A DNA stretch of 64,000 nt from assembly GCF_009914755.1 (NCBI RefSeq), contig NC_060931.1; one strand, given 5' to 3'. The notes under the pieces were generated by a model. That model ran no database searches. It saw only the letters and a list, made by a program, of their open reading frames with translations, and was not told where the DNA came from. How positions within the stretch are numbered: the first letter of the stretch is position 1; each line of letters begins with the position of its first letter. Origin of the DNA: the human T2T-CHM13v2.0 reference genome, Homo sapiens. Of this stretch, positions 49,034-62,379 are shown in pieces. A program made the position numbers and the translations under genes.

Positions 49034-49450
49034 TGATATAGTTTGGGTATTTGTCCCCCAAAATCTCATGTTTAAATGTAATCCCCAATGTTGGAGGTGG
49101 GGCTTGGTGGGAGGTGACTGGATGATTGGGGTGGATTTCTCTTGAATGAGTTGGCACCATCCTCTTGGTGCTATCTTCACAATAGTGAGTTCTTGCGAGA
49201 TCTGGTTGTTTCAAGTATGTGGCACCTCCTCCAGCTCTCTCTCGCTCCTGCTCTTGCCATATGATGTACCTGGTCCCACTTCACCTTCTGCCATGAGTAA
49301 AAGCTCCCTGAGGCCCCTGCCAGAAGCTGAGCAGATGCTGGCACCACACCTGTACAGCCTGCAGAATAATGAGCCAATTAAACTTCTTTTCTTTATAAAT
49401 TACCCAATCTCAGGTATTCCTTCATAGCAAAATAAAAACAGCCTAATACA
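49034..49450 (+). mobile_element. MST (MSTB-like) solo LTR
   Basis: TG...CA termini with perfect 5-bp TSD AGTCT. Confidence 0.88.
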
Positions 49451-49599
49451 AGTCTAGTCTATGCCACTGATCTATTTGTCAATCCTTGTGACAATACCAC
49501 TCTGCCTTAATTATTTAGATTTATACTAATTCTTGATATCTGCGATAACTCTGAATTTCAACACAGATTTACTACATCAAAAACTAAAGACAAAAACTT

Positions 49600-50173
49600 A
49601 CGGGCTCGTGCCTGTGGTCCCAGCTACTGAGGAGGCTAAGGCAGGGCAAGAGGATCACTTGAGCCCAAGAGTTTGAGACTACAGTGAACCATGATCATGC
49701 CACTCCACTCCAGCCTCTGCGACATAAAGACCCTATCTCAAAAAAAAAAAAAAAAAAAAAAACACACACACAAAAAAAAACCTAAAACCCACTGACCATC
49801 AACTCTCCATTTCCCCATCCCCCAAGCCCCAGCAACTACCATTTTATTAATATCTTCTATGAATTTTACTACTTTAGATACCTCATTTAAATGGAATCAT
49901 TTAGGCCAGGCACAGTGGCCACACCTGTAATCCCAACACTTTGGGCGGCCAAGGCAGGCAGATGGCTTGAGCTCAGGAGTTTGAGACCAGTCTGGGCAAC
50001 ATGGTGAAACCCCATCTCTACTAAAAAGAGAAAAATGGATGATCCCTTAAGCCCAGGAGTCAGAGGCTGCAGTGAGCCAAGATCGTGCCACTTTACTCCA
50101 GCCTGGGTGACAGAGACCCTGTCTCAAAAAATAAATTTTTTTTAAAAAATGGAATCATTTAGTATTTGTCTTT

Positions 50174-50211
<38 letters not shown>

Positions 50212-50835
50212 TTGCTATATTGCCCAGGCTGGATTGTAATAGCTATTAACTGCTGTGATCATGGCATACTACTGCCTCTAATTTCTAGGTTCAAGCAATA
50301 CTCCTGCCTCAGTCTTCCAAGTGGCTGGGATTACAGGCATGCAACACCACACCCGGCTCCATTATTTGTCTTTTTGTTATGGCTTATTTCACTTCGCATA
50401 GTATCAAGGTGACCAAATTCCCTTCCTTTTTTAGGCTAAATAATACTGTGTCCATATATTTTTAAATCACATAAAATCTATGGTGTTTTAAATCAGGACA
50501 GTAGTTACCTCTGGGGAATATGAAGATAGTGTCTAGACATCACATAAAGAAATATAGAATATAAATAACGTTTTATTTCCTGACCTGTGTGGCGATTACA
50601 GAAGCATGTTCACCTTGTAGTAATCCCTGTTCCACCCTTAGAAAAATCACTAACTTGACACTAAATATTGTTCTAAATTTATGAACAGGTGGCACACTGC
50701 TGTAATGCCAGCTATTTGGGAGCCTAAAGTAGGAGGGTCACTTGAGCCCAGGGGTTCAAGGCTTCAGTGAACCATAATCATGCCACCATACTCCAGTCTG
50801 GGTGACAGTGTGAGATACTGTCTCTAAAAACATAA
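49600..50835. mobile_element. Cluster of Alu monomers/partials (49600+, 49904+, 50175-, 50685+) within L1M fragments
   Basis: Alu motifs; TSD aaatggaatcattta around the 49904 element; (GA)n at about 50178-50209. Confidence 0.8.
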
Positions 50836-51624
50836 ATACATTTATGAACAGCTTCAACAAGCCTGCTCCAGAGCTAGCCATCAGCTAGGATCAGCTCTCC
50901 CTACAAGAATATGCTATAAAGCAGAACAGAGCTCCTGTCAGTTTAAATCAACTGACATTTATCATCCTGCTTACATTTCCTTTATGTCTTCAGTCTTTTA
51001 CTTTCAAGTACTTCTAAATTCCGATGTTCTCACATGACTTTTCCTTTTATGCAAGCATACTGGAAGTCTGTGTAGTCAAATAGGTGAATTGCTCATTTCA
51101 AAATTATTTTGAAACTCTGTCTCAAAATAAAAAAGAAATATATGAAAAATAGGAGAATTGCTCATTTCAAAAAACATTAATGTGTTTTACATGTTAATGG
51201 CTTTTGGTGGAAAAAAAAATTTCATCCACTATAACACCGTTATTACTACTGTGAACTACAACTTCAATAAAATGGGGAAAAAAACAGACATTTTCCTGAA
51301 AAGATTTGAGCTTTCAATCTAAATCTGATGTCTTATGAGATCACAAAACATACTGCTCAACATCCCAAATTATACACAGTATTTAACGAGCAGTATAGAG
51401 CGTCAAAATTAAGAAAATCAACTATTAATCCAAGGATCTGCAGTTGTGAGGAAAATAAATCATTACTATTCCATGCTTTAAAGAAAATACAATGGCTTCT
51501 TCTGCTATAAACAGGAAAGGTATTGCTTAGGTAAACATTCACATACATCACTCTTCTGTACTTTTCAGGAAAAAGTACAAAAGCAGTGCCCTATTCAGAT
51601 GTGTGGTTTCACAGAACTTAAGAA

Positions 51625-52277
51625 GAGTTCTGCAAAACCCAGCTCAAGCAGAGTGTATTAATTCGTTCTCACACTGCTATAAAGATACCACCTGAGACTG
51701 AATAATTATAAACAAATGAAGTTTAGTTGACTCACAGTTCCACATGGCTGGGGAGGCCTCAGGAAACTTCCAATCATGGCAGAAGGGGAAGCAGGCACCT
51801 CTTCATGGCGGCAGGCAGGAGAGAAAGTGAAAAGCCCAGAGGAAAGCCATTTATAAAACCATCAGATCTCCTGAGAACTCTCTCACTATCACAAGAACAG
51901 CATCTAGGAAACTGCCACCATGATCCAATCACCTCCCTCCCTCCACACGTGGGTATTACAATTCAAAATGAGATTTGGGTGGGGACACAGAGCCAAATCG
52001 TATCACAGACAGAGTAAATTTGTCCTTTCTTTTGCCTTTTTGTTCTTTTGGGACCCTCAATGTGCTGCATGATACCCACCTCATTGGTGAGGGAGATCTT
52101 CAGTCTACTGATTCAAATGCTAATCTCTTCTGAAAATACCCTCACAGATACCTCCAGAAATTGTGTTTAACCAGCCATCTGGACATCTTTTAGCTCATCT
52201 TTTAGCCACTTAAGATGTTCAATCTTCTTTAAGTTATATACTTATACTAAAGCTGACACACAAAAATAACCATCACA
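51625..52277 (-). mobile_element. MLT2B-like (ERVL) LTR, partial, split by THE1
   Basis: ctactgattcaaatgctaatctcttc...ccctcacaga...aaccatcaca (reverse complement of the TGTGATGGTT start). Confidence 0.8.
51654..52005 (-). mobile_element. THE1 (C/D-like) solo LTR
   Basis: tgtatta...gactcacagttccacatggctggggaggcctc...gtatca. Confidence 0.88.
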
Positions 52278-52278
52278 T

Positions 52279-55200
52279 GGGCTAATTACAAAATAAGCCA
52301 ATTGGCTTTGGGTTGCCTTGCAATGAAGAGCATGGTAGAAGCACTACACTGTTTATACGGACCCAAGATCCAGTATAAAATGGCACCCTTAATTTTAGGG
52401 ATCTGTCTTTGCCTTCAGCTGTACCTGCTTATTAGGCCCTAAAAAATGCATGCTACCTGGCCTTGTTTCTCTAAGGGCTCCACCCTAAAGCCAGTAACCC
52501 TATTAAGAAACTGGCAAATGAAAAATCTTAACAAGGGCTCAATCTTCTATATGTTTGTGTTGCTATATATGTGTTGTGTGTAATGTCTATAAAAAGAGCT
52601 CTAATTGGCTTAAAGAAAAATAAGCACTTAAATATTTTTTAGTTCACATGACTTCAAGAAATAAAAACAGTCTTAAGAATTATTGGTAAAATGCAAGTGT
52701 CGTCAAAATGCAAATAGGTGGTCTAAATCATACAACTTAGATACTAGGTTTGCTAAACATTCCAAGATTGTATACTGCCTGCTTTACAGATAGGTAAGGC
52801 TGGGACATATAGAGCTGGATGCTGAAAAGTCAAACTTTTATCTGCATTTCTCTCTGGGTCCTAGGATCCACACCAAGTATATAATTAAAACTGCTTACTA
52901 ACCAGATTTTTCACCAAAAATAAAAGTTGCTAAAAGTTAACAGTGAATATTAATTAAACTCAAAAGGGTATTATATGGTCTTTTCACAAATTGGACATTG
53001 AAATAAAACCATGGCAAGCAGGTCTTAAGACACTAATCTGCCCTTTAGTAAAAGGGTTATAAAAGGCTTGTGAAAATTTCACCTCCCAGTCAAATTGGTT
53101 ATGATTAGAAGCAATGATCTATAAGATTTCATAGAAACAAATTGGGGTTAACATTAATAAATTAATGCAAGGGTAAACTTTGGCTTTGAACAGGATTTCC
53201 ATGTCATGGTAAAGGCTAATGAAAGGTTTTTGCCTTTTGAGTCATCATTTGGCAATCTGGAATTCTATTTCATAACATCAAATGTTCTAAACCTCTAACA
53301 TTTAACAGGCCTCCCAAAATCAAACTTCAAGTTTCAAAACTGTCCTTCCTGATGCCTGGCTTTTTGGATGGTTCAGAAGGTCCCTGAAACATTCAGAAAA
53401 GAGGTAAAAAAGATTATTTGACATGTTTAGTCACATGAGATTGCCAAAATATTTCCAATCTTCTTTAAGTTATATTTTGGTGAATACTAATATATGTTCC
53501 CAAATTGAATGGGATTTCTAAAATTCTAACGTCTAAGTATATGCTATCAATCATAATTAAGGGTAAAGTTATTGTAAACCACAGAGATAAATAAACTTTT
53601 GTCTGACATGTTTTTAACTGTATCCTGGAAATTTTGTCATTCACAGACAATTGTCTTGCTTTGTTCCTTCTCAAAAGACGGTTTATAATCAAGCCATATT
53701 AAGAACTTTAACAGATGTTCTCAAATGCAGATTCTTAATAGCCTTGAAGATTGTTAACACTGGAATAGAGGAAGAACATACAGGACTCAAAGAACTGACA
53801 TGTTCACAAATATCAAGCAAAACAAGAGCTAATTAAATGGACTGGACTCAGAAAGTTAAAGCCACCTTTTTGACTTTCGCTTGCAATATTGCTGATCCTT
53901 GTTTTGTTTTTCAGAGTCCAGGAAACTTATTTTAACTATTTATGGCCTTTAATAATTGAATAAGGTATGCTCCTGTGAACAAAATTTGGAGCATGTTTCT
54001 TTTTCTCTGCCTGGTTCCTCCAGAATTTGGAAACTATCTGTGAGTACTCTTAACTTACAGCAATATAATTGTTTCCATCAGTGCAATAAGAATCCATTTT
54101 TCTTTGTCGACAGGACACAATTGGTAAAACTGGTTATTTTACCAAGGCTTTGACTGAAAGGGTGTGTTTCCCTTTAAGGAATCAAGCTTGACATGCAGAG
54201 CCAATAAAAGCCCCTTGGGGAGTACTGGCCTCATACCTTGTCTACACAGTCCATGAACAGAGATCTTAACCTGTCGTCAGTAAAGAATGTCACTTTCTAA
54301 CAGGTCCAGCAGCTCCAAGTTTATCTTGGGACCTCAAGAGGAGATCACCCAACTCACAGGTATTTGAGGATACAAACCCATGTGGATGGCTGGGCTCAGC
54401 TTTAAAGGTCTTATCTGAGATTCCTGTGGAACAGAGTTCCATCAAAGCCAATCCAAAAGGCCTATGTAGAAATAACCACTCTTGCTGCACTTTATGCAAA
54501 TAATCAGGCCAAGTATAAGACTAAAATTTATTCTACAAACAACACACACGGTCCTATCATAATTTGTTTTTACAAAAAATGAGGACTGGAGAGAGAAATT
54601 GTGCTCCAAAGCTTATCATACATTTGTCATTAAATCCTAGTCTAATTGTTTTTAAGCTTTTTGCCTACATTTTAGACTAACCCTGCTTATTCCTGTGAAT
54701 CAAGTGGCGATCTCCTACAGCTTGGATGAAACAAAATGGGATGGATAACATAAAAATCTGGATCAATATGCTGGTTCTGGGCAATTATCCTGCAAATTCT
54801 GCCAGGTAATGAAAGTGAGTAGGGTGCCCATAACCCTGAGGTTTCTTTGTTTGGGAAATAAAACCAAGGAACTTCATAAATCCCCAAATATCTTGGCAAG
54901 TAAAATTTTAGATGAAAATTATCTACTATACCACACTTGTGGGAACTGCTATACTCACTCTACTATTTGCAATAGGGTTATACAGAGTAGCACCTTCTAA
55001 CTGAAATATTGGACAGAGAACTTATGTCTTGTATTAATATTTGGACCCTGTATACTCAATACTATAACTTGAATTGTTTCCTCTCACCTAGAAGCAATCA
55101 AACTCCAAATAGTGCTGCAAACTAAACCACACAGGAACACACCTTTCTTCCAAGGACCCTTAGATCAACCCCAGGAGAAGCCCTAGCTGCTGTTCCCCAT

Positions 55201-55291
55201 TCGATGCCCCTTCTCAGCAGGAAATAGCCAGAAAGAGTCATCACCCAAAACCCCTTAAGAGCAGTTATGGTGACATCTCCACATGGGGGGA
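52279..55291 (+). mobile_element. ERV1 internal sequence (HUERS-P3/MER4-group-like), 5'-truncated, with env remnant and PPT
   Basis: Env TM/cytoplasmic-tail remnant LIFGPCILN...LEAIKLQ at 55034-55186; purine tract atgggggga immediately before the LTR TG. Confidence 0.8.
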
Positions 55292-55838
55292 TGTTATAGG
55301 AGTTTATTAAGAAATTATTTTAGGCAGCTAGGAAAAGGGGTCCTTGGGGAAGTTTTCATTTCCTTTAAAGCGGCTCCAGAAACGTTTCTTGTCTAGCAAA
55401 CCCCAGCTCTTAGAGCCGAGTCAGCAACCTTTGATATGCAAATACAGGCCATTAGAAACTGGGTCCACCCAAACATGGTGATTCCTGCCACCTTCTTCCC
55501 CTCGCCTCACAGGTGCCTGGCAACACGGCCGCCCCCACATATCCCCATATGTGTAGAGCATCATGGCACCCTGCATTTGCATATTAAAAAGCTAGGGTGG
55601 GAGGGCCAGTTTTTTCCGCGGGCTACGTGAGTGACATGCCTGGTCAAACCAATCCCCTGAGCGCTATGCAAATCAGGCACCACCTCCTCTAGCCTCCTCA
55701 TATAAGCAGCCACTTTTCTGACGCACACAGGGTTTTCTCTTTGTTCGAATCGCCCCCTCCCTTTATCTTTGTACAGGGGAGCTGTTTTCTTCTTCCTTCC
55801 TTCTTTCTTGCCTATTAAACTTTTCACTCCTTAAAACC
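55292..55838 (+). mobile_element. ERV1 LTR (LTR9-family-like), U3-R only
   Basis: Starts TGTTATAGGAG; CCAAT 55649, TATAA 55701, ATTAAA 55814; ends in a poly-A tail. Confidence 0.8.
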
Positions 55839-56243
55839 AAAAAAAAATTAAAAAAAAAAACCATCACATCAAATAACTTTACCCTACCCAGGACTTGCCC
55901 AGGTTTCTGTTCTTGGGTTAAAATTTAAAATATTGGTTCACTCCCTGACGGAAACAGATGAGAGAGGTGCTCAGTGACTCATTATGGACAGAATGAGGGC
56001 TGAAATTACTTGAGTGAGGAAGGAAAGGAAAGCGGGGCCCTGGCTGAGGTTAAGTACCAAATAGAAATCTGGGCTGAAGCAGGGAGACTTAGCTTGAGAT
56101 TCTAGATAAAAAAAGAAGTGTAACCTAGAGTAACACAAATATAAAGGATTCCACTCTTATTTCCAAACTATTGTAACAGCTCTGAATAACATGGATATTT
56201 TAAAGGTTTATGCATATATTAATGGATGTGTATAAAACATTCA

Positions 56244-56541
<298 letters not shown>

Positions 56542-57746
56542 TTTTCATCATAAACTCAGTCCCCAAAAGTAATTAATCTATTTATTCATTCATCACATAC
56601 CCACTAAACACGTACTATATCTAGATGGGAGAGACTGGCAAAGACAGACCTTGACCTGAAGAAGTGTTTAGCCTAGTCGGGTAGATTACACATGCATATA
56701 AAAATATTAACTATAGACATGGCAGGAAGAGCTAAATGCACTAAAAGAGACATAGAGGGCTATGTGAAGAAAACAATGTAATGCCCACAAACATATACTT
56801 TTATCCTTCTCTAATTAATGTTCCCAAGTGTTTTATATTCTTCACATATCTTTTCATTCTCCACTAAAATGTAATCTGCAAGGTCAAGGGAGTCTCTCTC
56901 TTGTTTACTGACATAACTCTGCAAGCTAAGGTAGTGCCTGGCTCACAGGATGTGTTTCATAATCATTTCTCCAATAAATTATCAGTAAATTTATTAAAAT
57001 TAAAACTGCCATTTAAAAACATCTGATGAGAGTTCAGAAGTAAACCCTTTTATCCAAGGTCATTTGATTTTCAACAGGAGTACCAAGACAATAAAATAGA
57101 GAAAGAATGAATAGTCTTTTCAACATATGATGCTGAGACAACTGGATATCCACATGCAAAATAATAAATGAAGTTGGAACCCTTCCTAACACCATACACA
57201 AAAATCGACTGAAAATGAATCACAGACCTACATGTAAGCACTAAATTCTAAAACTCCTAGAAGAAACATGAGAATAAGTCTTCATTAGCTTGGATTAGAC
57301 AATCGTTCCTTGATATAACACCAAAAGCACAAGTGACAAAAAACAAATAGATAAATTGGACTTTAACAACATTAAAAATACTTGTGACACCATGAAGAAA
57401 GTGAAAACAACCCACAGAAACGGAAAAAAAAAAAGCAAATCATATATTTGGCAATGGACTTGTATCTAGAATACATATAAAGAACTATTGTTAACTCAAT
57501 AATTAAAAGACAACCCAATTAAAAATGAACAAAGAATCCCATTTATAATGGCCACGAAAAAATAAAGAAGGTATCTAGGAATATATCTAATGAAGGAGGT
57601 TAAAGTCTCTACAAGGAGAACTACAAAACATACTGCTCAAAGAAATCAGAGATGACACAAACAAATGGAACAACACTCCATGCTCATGGCTGCAGGCCAT
57701 GAGATAAATATTTTTCTACAACGAGAAAAAATATTTGCAAACTACG

Positions 57747-58095
57747 TGATATGGTTTGGCTGTGTCTCCACCCAAAACCTCATCTTGGACTGTAATACAC
57801 ATGTGTCAAGGGCAAGACCAGGTGGAGGTAATCAGATCACAGGGCAGTTTCCCCCATGCTGTTCTCGTGATAGTGAGTCTCATGAGATCTGGTGGTTTTA
57901 TAAGCGTCTGCCATTTCCACTGCTTGCACTCATTCTCTCTCCTGCTGCCCTGTGAAGAAGTGCCTTCTGCCATGATTCTAAGTTTCCTGAGGCCTCCCAA
58001 GCCACGTGGAACTGTGAGTAAATGAAACCTCTTTTCTTTATAAATTACCCAGTTTTGGGTATTTCTTCATAGCAGCATGAGAACAGACTAATACA
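57747..58095 (+). mobile_element. THE1 (C/D-like) solo LTR
   Basis: TGATATGGTTTGGCTGTGTC...GACTAATACA; TSD CTA(C/T)G. Confidence 0.9.
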
Positions 58096-58566
58096 CTATG
58101 CATCCAACAAAGGTCCAATAACCAGAATCTGTAAGAAATTGAAACAATTCAACATGCAAAAACAACCCCATACAAAGAAGAGCTAGTATGGAACAATACT
58201 ACCGAAATTGTTTGAAAAAATTGAAGGATGGACTCCTCCCTAACTCATTATTTGAGTCCAGCATCATTCTGATACCAAAATCTGGCAGAGACACAGTAAG
58301 AAAACTGCAGGCCAAGATCCCTGATGAACACAGATGCAAAAATCCTCAATAAAATACTAGCGAATCGAATCTAGCAGCACATCCAAAGCTAACCCACCAC
58401 CATCAGTAGGCTTTATTCCTGGGATGCAAGGTTGGTTCAATATATGCAAATCAATAAATGTGATTCATCACATAAACAGAAATAAAAACAAAAACCACAT
58501 GATCATCCCCAAACTCAAAGGCTTTCAATAAAATTCAACATCCCTTCATATTAAAAACCCTCAACA

Positions 58567-58944
<378 letters not shown>

Positions 58945-61231
58945 CTACAACCATCTAATCTTTGATAAAGTTAACAAAAACAAAGAATGGGGAAAGGACT
59001 CCCTGTTCAATTAATGGTGCTGAAATAATGGGCTAGCCATATACAGAAGATTGAAACTGGACTCCTTCCTTACACCATATACAAAAATCAACTCAAGATG
59101 GACTAAAGACTTAGATGTAAAACCTAAAACTAAAAAAACTCTGGAAGATAACCTAGGAAATACATTCTGGACATAGGACATGGCAAAGATTTCATGAAGA
59201 TGCCAAAGGCAATTGTAACAAAAGCAAAAATTGACAAGTGAGATCTAATTAAGCTTCAGAGCTTCTGTGCAGCAAAGAAACTATCAACAGAGTAAACAGA
59301 CAACCTACAGAAGAAAATATGTGCAAATTATGCATCCAACAACGGTCTAATATCCAGAATCTATAAGCAACTTAAATCAATAAACAACCCCATTAAAAAG
59401 TGGGCAAAGGACATGAACAGACACTTTTCAAAAGAAGACATGTAAGTGGCCAAGAAGCATATGAAAAAAAGTTCCACATCACTAATCATGAGATAAATGC
59501 AAATGAAAACCACAATGAGATACCATCTCACAGCAGTGAAAATGGCTATTATTAAAAAGTCAAAAAATAACAGATGCTGGCAAGGTTGCGGAGAAAAGGG
59601 AACACTTACATACTGCTAGTAGGAATGTAAATTAGTTCAGCCATTGTGGAAAGCAGTTTGGCAATTTCTCAAAGAACGCAAAGCAGAATTACCATTTGAC
59701 CCAGCAATCTCATTATTGCGTATATACCCAAAGGTATAAAAATTGCTCTTCCATAAAGACACATGCACACGTATGTTCATCACTGCACTATTCACAATAG
59801 CAAAGACATGGAATCAACCTAAATGCCCACCAATGGTGGAATGGATAAAGAAAATGTGGTATATATACACCATGGAATAATATGTAGCCATAAAAAAGAA
59901 CAAGATCATGTCCTTTGCAGCAACACAGATGGACCTGGAGGCCATTATCCTAAGTGAATTAACACAGGAACAGGAAACCAAATACCACAGGTTCTCTCTT
60001 CTAAGTAGGAGCTAAACATTGGATATGTATAGACACAAAGAAAGGCACAACAGACACCAGGACCTACTTAAAGGTGGAGGGAGGGAGGGAGGAAGGTAAG
60101 GACAGAAAAACTACCTATCAGGTTCTATGCTTATTACGTAGGTGGCAAAATAATCTGTACATCCAACCCCTGTGACACAAAATCTACCTATATAACAAAC
60201 CTGCACATGTACCCCTCAACCTAAAAGTTAAAAACAAAAAAGGGAGTTTACAAATAGCTTCCTAAGTAGAATTTTTAAGTCTTCTTTCTCCCCCACCCAA
60301 TAGCTCCAACACTTCAGATTTACAGATTATAAATCTTCAACACATATAAATAACTAAGATGGTCTTTGATAAAAATCAAAACTATTCTTAAAATTCAACT
60401 CTGAGTAAACTTTCATTCTGTTTCATGTGTTATATTGTCCTGTTTGCCTGCAAGTAGAAACTGTGTGTTACTTGTCTCATGTTCCATATAATACAACGTT
60501 TGGCAAGTGGTAAGCATCTAATACACAACAAAGCTTACTTCTTTCTTGCTCCAAAAATGAAAATGGCTTTATAAAACTCTATAATTTTGAGGAAGAGTTG
60601 GAGAAATCACCCTAAACATATAAAACTGCAATGATATTACTGTGGGCAATGTGATGATAAACCACTCCTTGTGTTAGAAAAGAATTAACATAGCAACTTG
60701 CTTTGTCCATAATTTTAGTCTGATGTAATCCTAAAGTTGGAGGGTGTGATTTGTGACAAATGGACCTGAGTCAAGGACACGATTTCCTTGATGAATTGAG
60801 TTTATTCAGTTAGTCACAGAGGGAGTAAATATGTATGACTCAGCATCAAGACTTATCTTCAGGACTTTTAAGGACAAACTTCCTATAACTACTCTTATTC
60901 AAACCAACTCTGTCCTCTTCACAGCTGAACCATGGCACAGGTATTAGGTATTTTCAAAACAGCTGGTAAAGTTGATAGACGTGCTTGGCTGAAGGTAATT
61001 TTAAAGGTTAAAAGTCATCATCCAAGTTTGTTTTCAACAGATATTACACTTTGTGTTTTTCTTAGAAACCCTGAACACAGGAGTAGCCCTTCATTTTTTG
61101 TTCTTCCCCAACACAAACAGATGACATTTACAATCACAAATACTCTGTCAGGCTATAGAATAAATAAGTGCACTCACTGTAACACCATCACTTTCTCCTC
61201 TGCTCAAGGAAACATGTCAAAACTATTTCAA

Positions 61232-61696
61232 GCAATAGCAAAGACTTGGAACCAACCCAAATGTCCAACAACGATAGACTGGATTAAGAAAATGTGGCAC
61301 ATATACACCATGGAATACTATGCAGCCATAAAAAATGAAGACTTCATGTCCTTTGTAGGGACATGGATGAAACTGGAAACCATCATTCTCAGCAAACTAT
61401 CCCAAGAACAAAAAACCAAACATCGTGTGTTCTCACTCATAGGTGGGAATTGAACAATGAGAACACATGGACACAGGAAGGGGAACATCACACAGGAAGG
61501 GGAACATAACACACCAGGGACTGTTGTGGGGTGGGGGCAGGGGGGAGGGATAGCATTAGGAGATATACCTAATGCTAAATGACGAGTTAATGGGTGCAGC
61601 ACACCAACATGGCACATGTATACATATGTAACAAACCTGCACATTGTGCACATGTACCCTAAAACTTAAAGTATAATAATAATAAAATAAAAAAAG
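61232..61696 (+). mobile_element. Young L1PA 3' fragment (L1PA2-5-like)
   Basis: ORF2 end IAKTWNQPKCPTTIDWIKKMWHIYTMEYYAAIK...SLIGGN*, 3'UTR and A-rich tail. Confidence 0.93.
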
Positions 61697-62379
61697 AGTA
61701 AGTGTAAATCCACCCTAATTTGTAGCATAGAGGTATATTAATTACAAACTTTAATTTTTACATGTAACAAATTACCTGCTAAACACCTGAGGACCATTCA
61801 CTACTCTGAATTGTAGAGAGATGTCAAGATTACACTTTGAAGGGAAAAAAGGTGCTACTGGTTCAAGAGAACTTACATTAAAAAATCTTATCAAGGGATC
61901 CTATACTGAATTCTAACATCTAACATCTAATTCTAACACTAGATTAACATCTAAGCCAGATGTTAATCAATGGCTCACTTGTACTATTTAAATAAAAGAA
62001 TTATGGTATTATTCTGATTCCTTTAATATTAAGAGACCCTTAACAGACCCCTAAAAATTACTACCCATCGGTGATAACTGCTTCTTATTCTCACTTATGG
62101 GAATCCTATCCCTGCTCCCTCATAAACAAAGTAGCTACTAATAAAGAAATCTCGTAAAAGAAATACAACTTAAAACATTAAATTTAAAATGTTAGCAGCA
62201 TACCATTTTAAGAAAGTACGATTAGTATCCACTTTGTTTTCAAAATTTTAAAAATAGGAAAGTTGCCCCTCCATCAACCTAATTAAACATGATTAAATAG
62301 GTGACATTTTAAATAGAAGACCTAAGCCTTACAGATTTCCTACTGGGTGAAAAACTTACAAACAATAAAAAGAAATAAG

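Noticed and set aside
60932-61453. 173-aa ORF, the longest in the window
   Set aside because: Chance upstream open frame fused to the C-terminus of a truncated L1 ORF2
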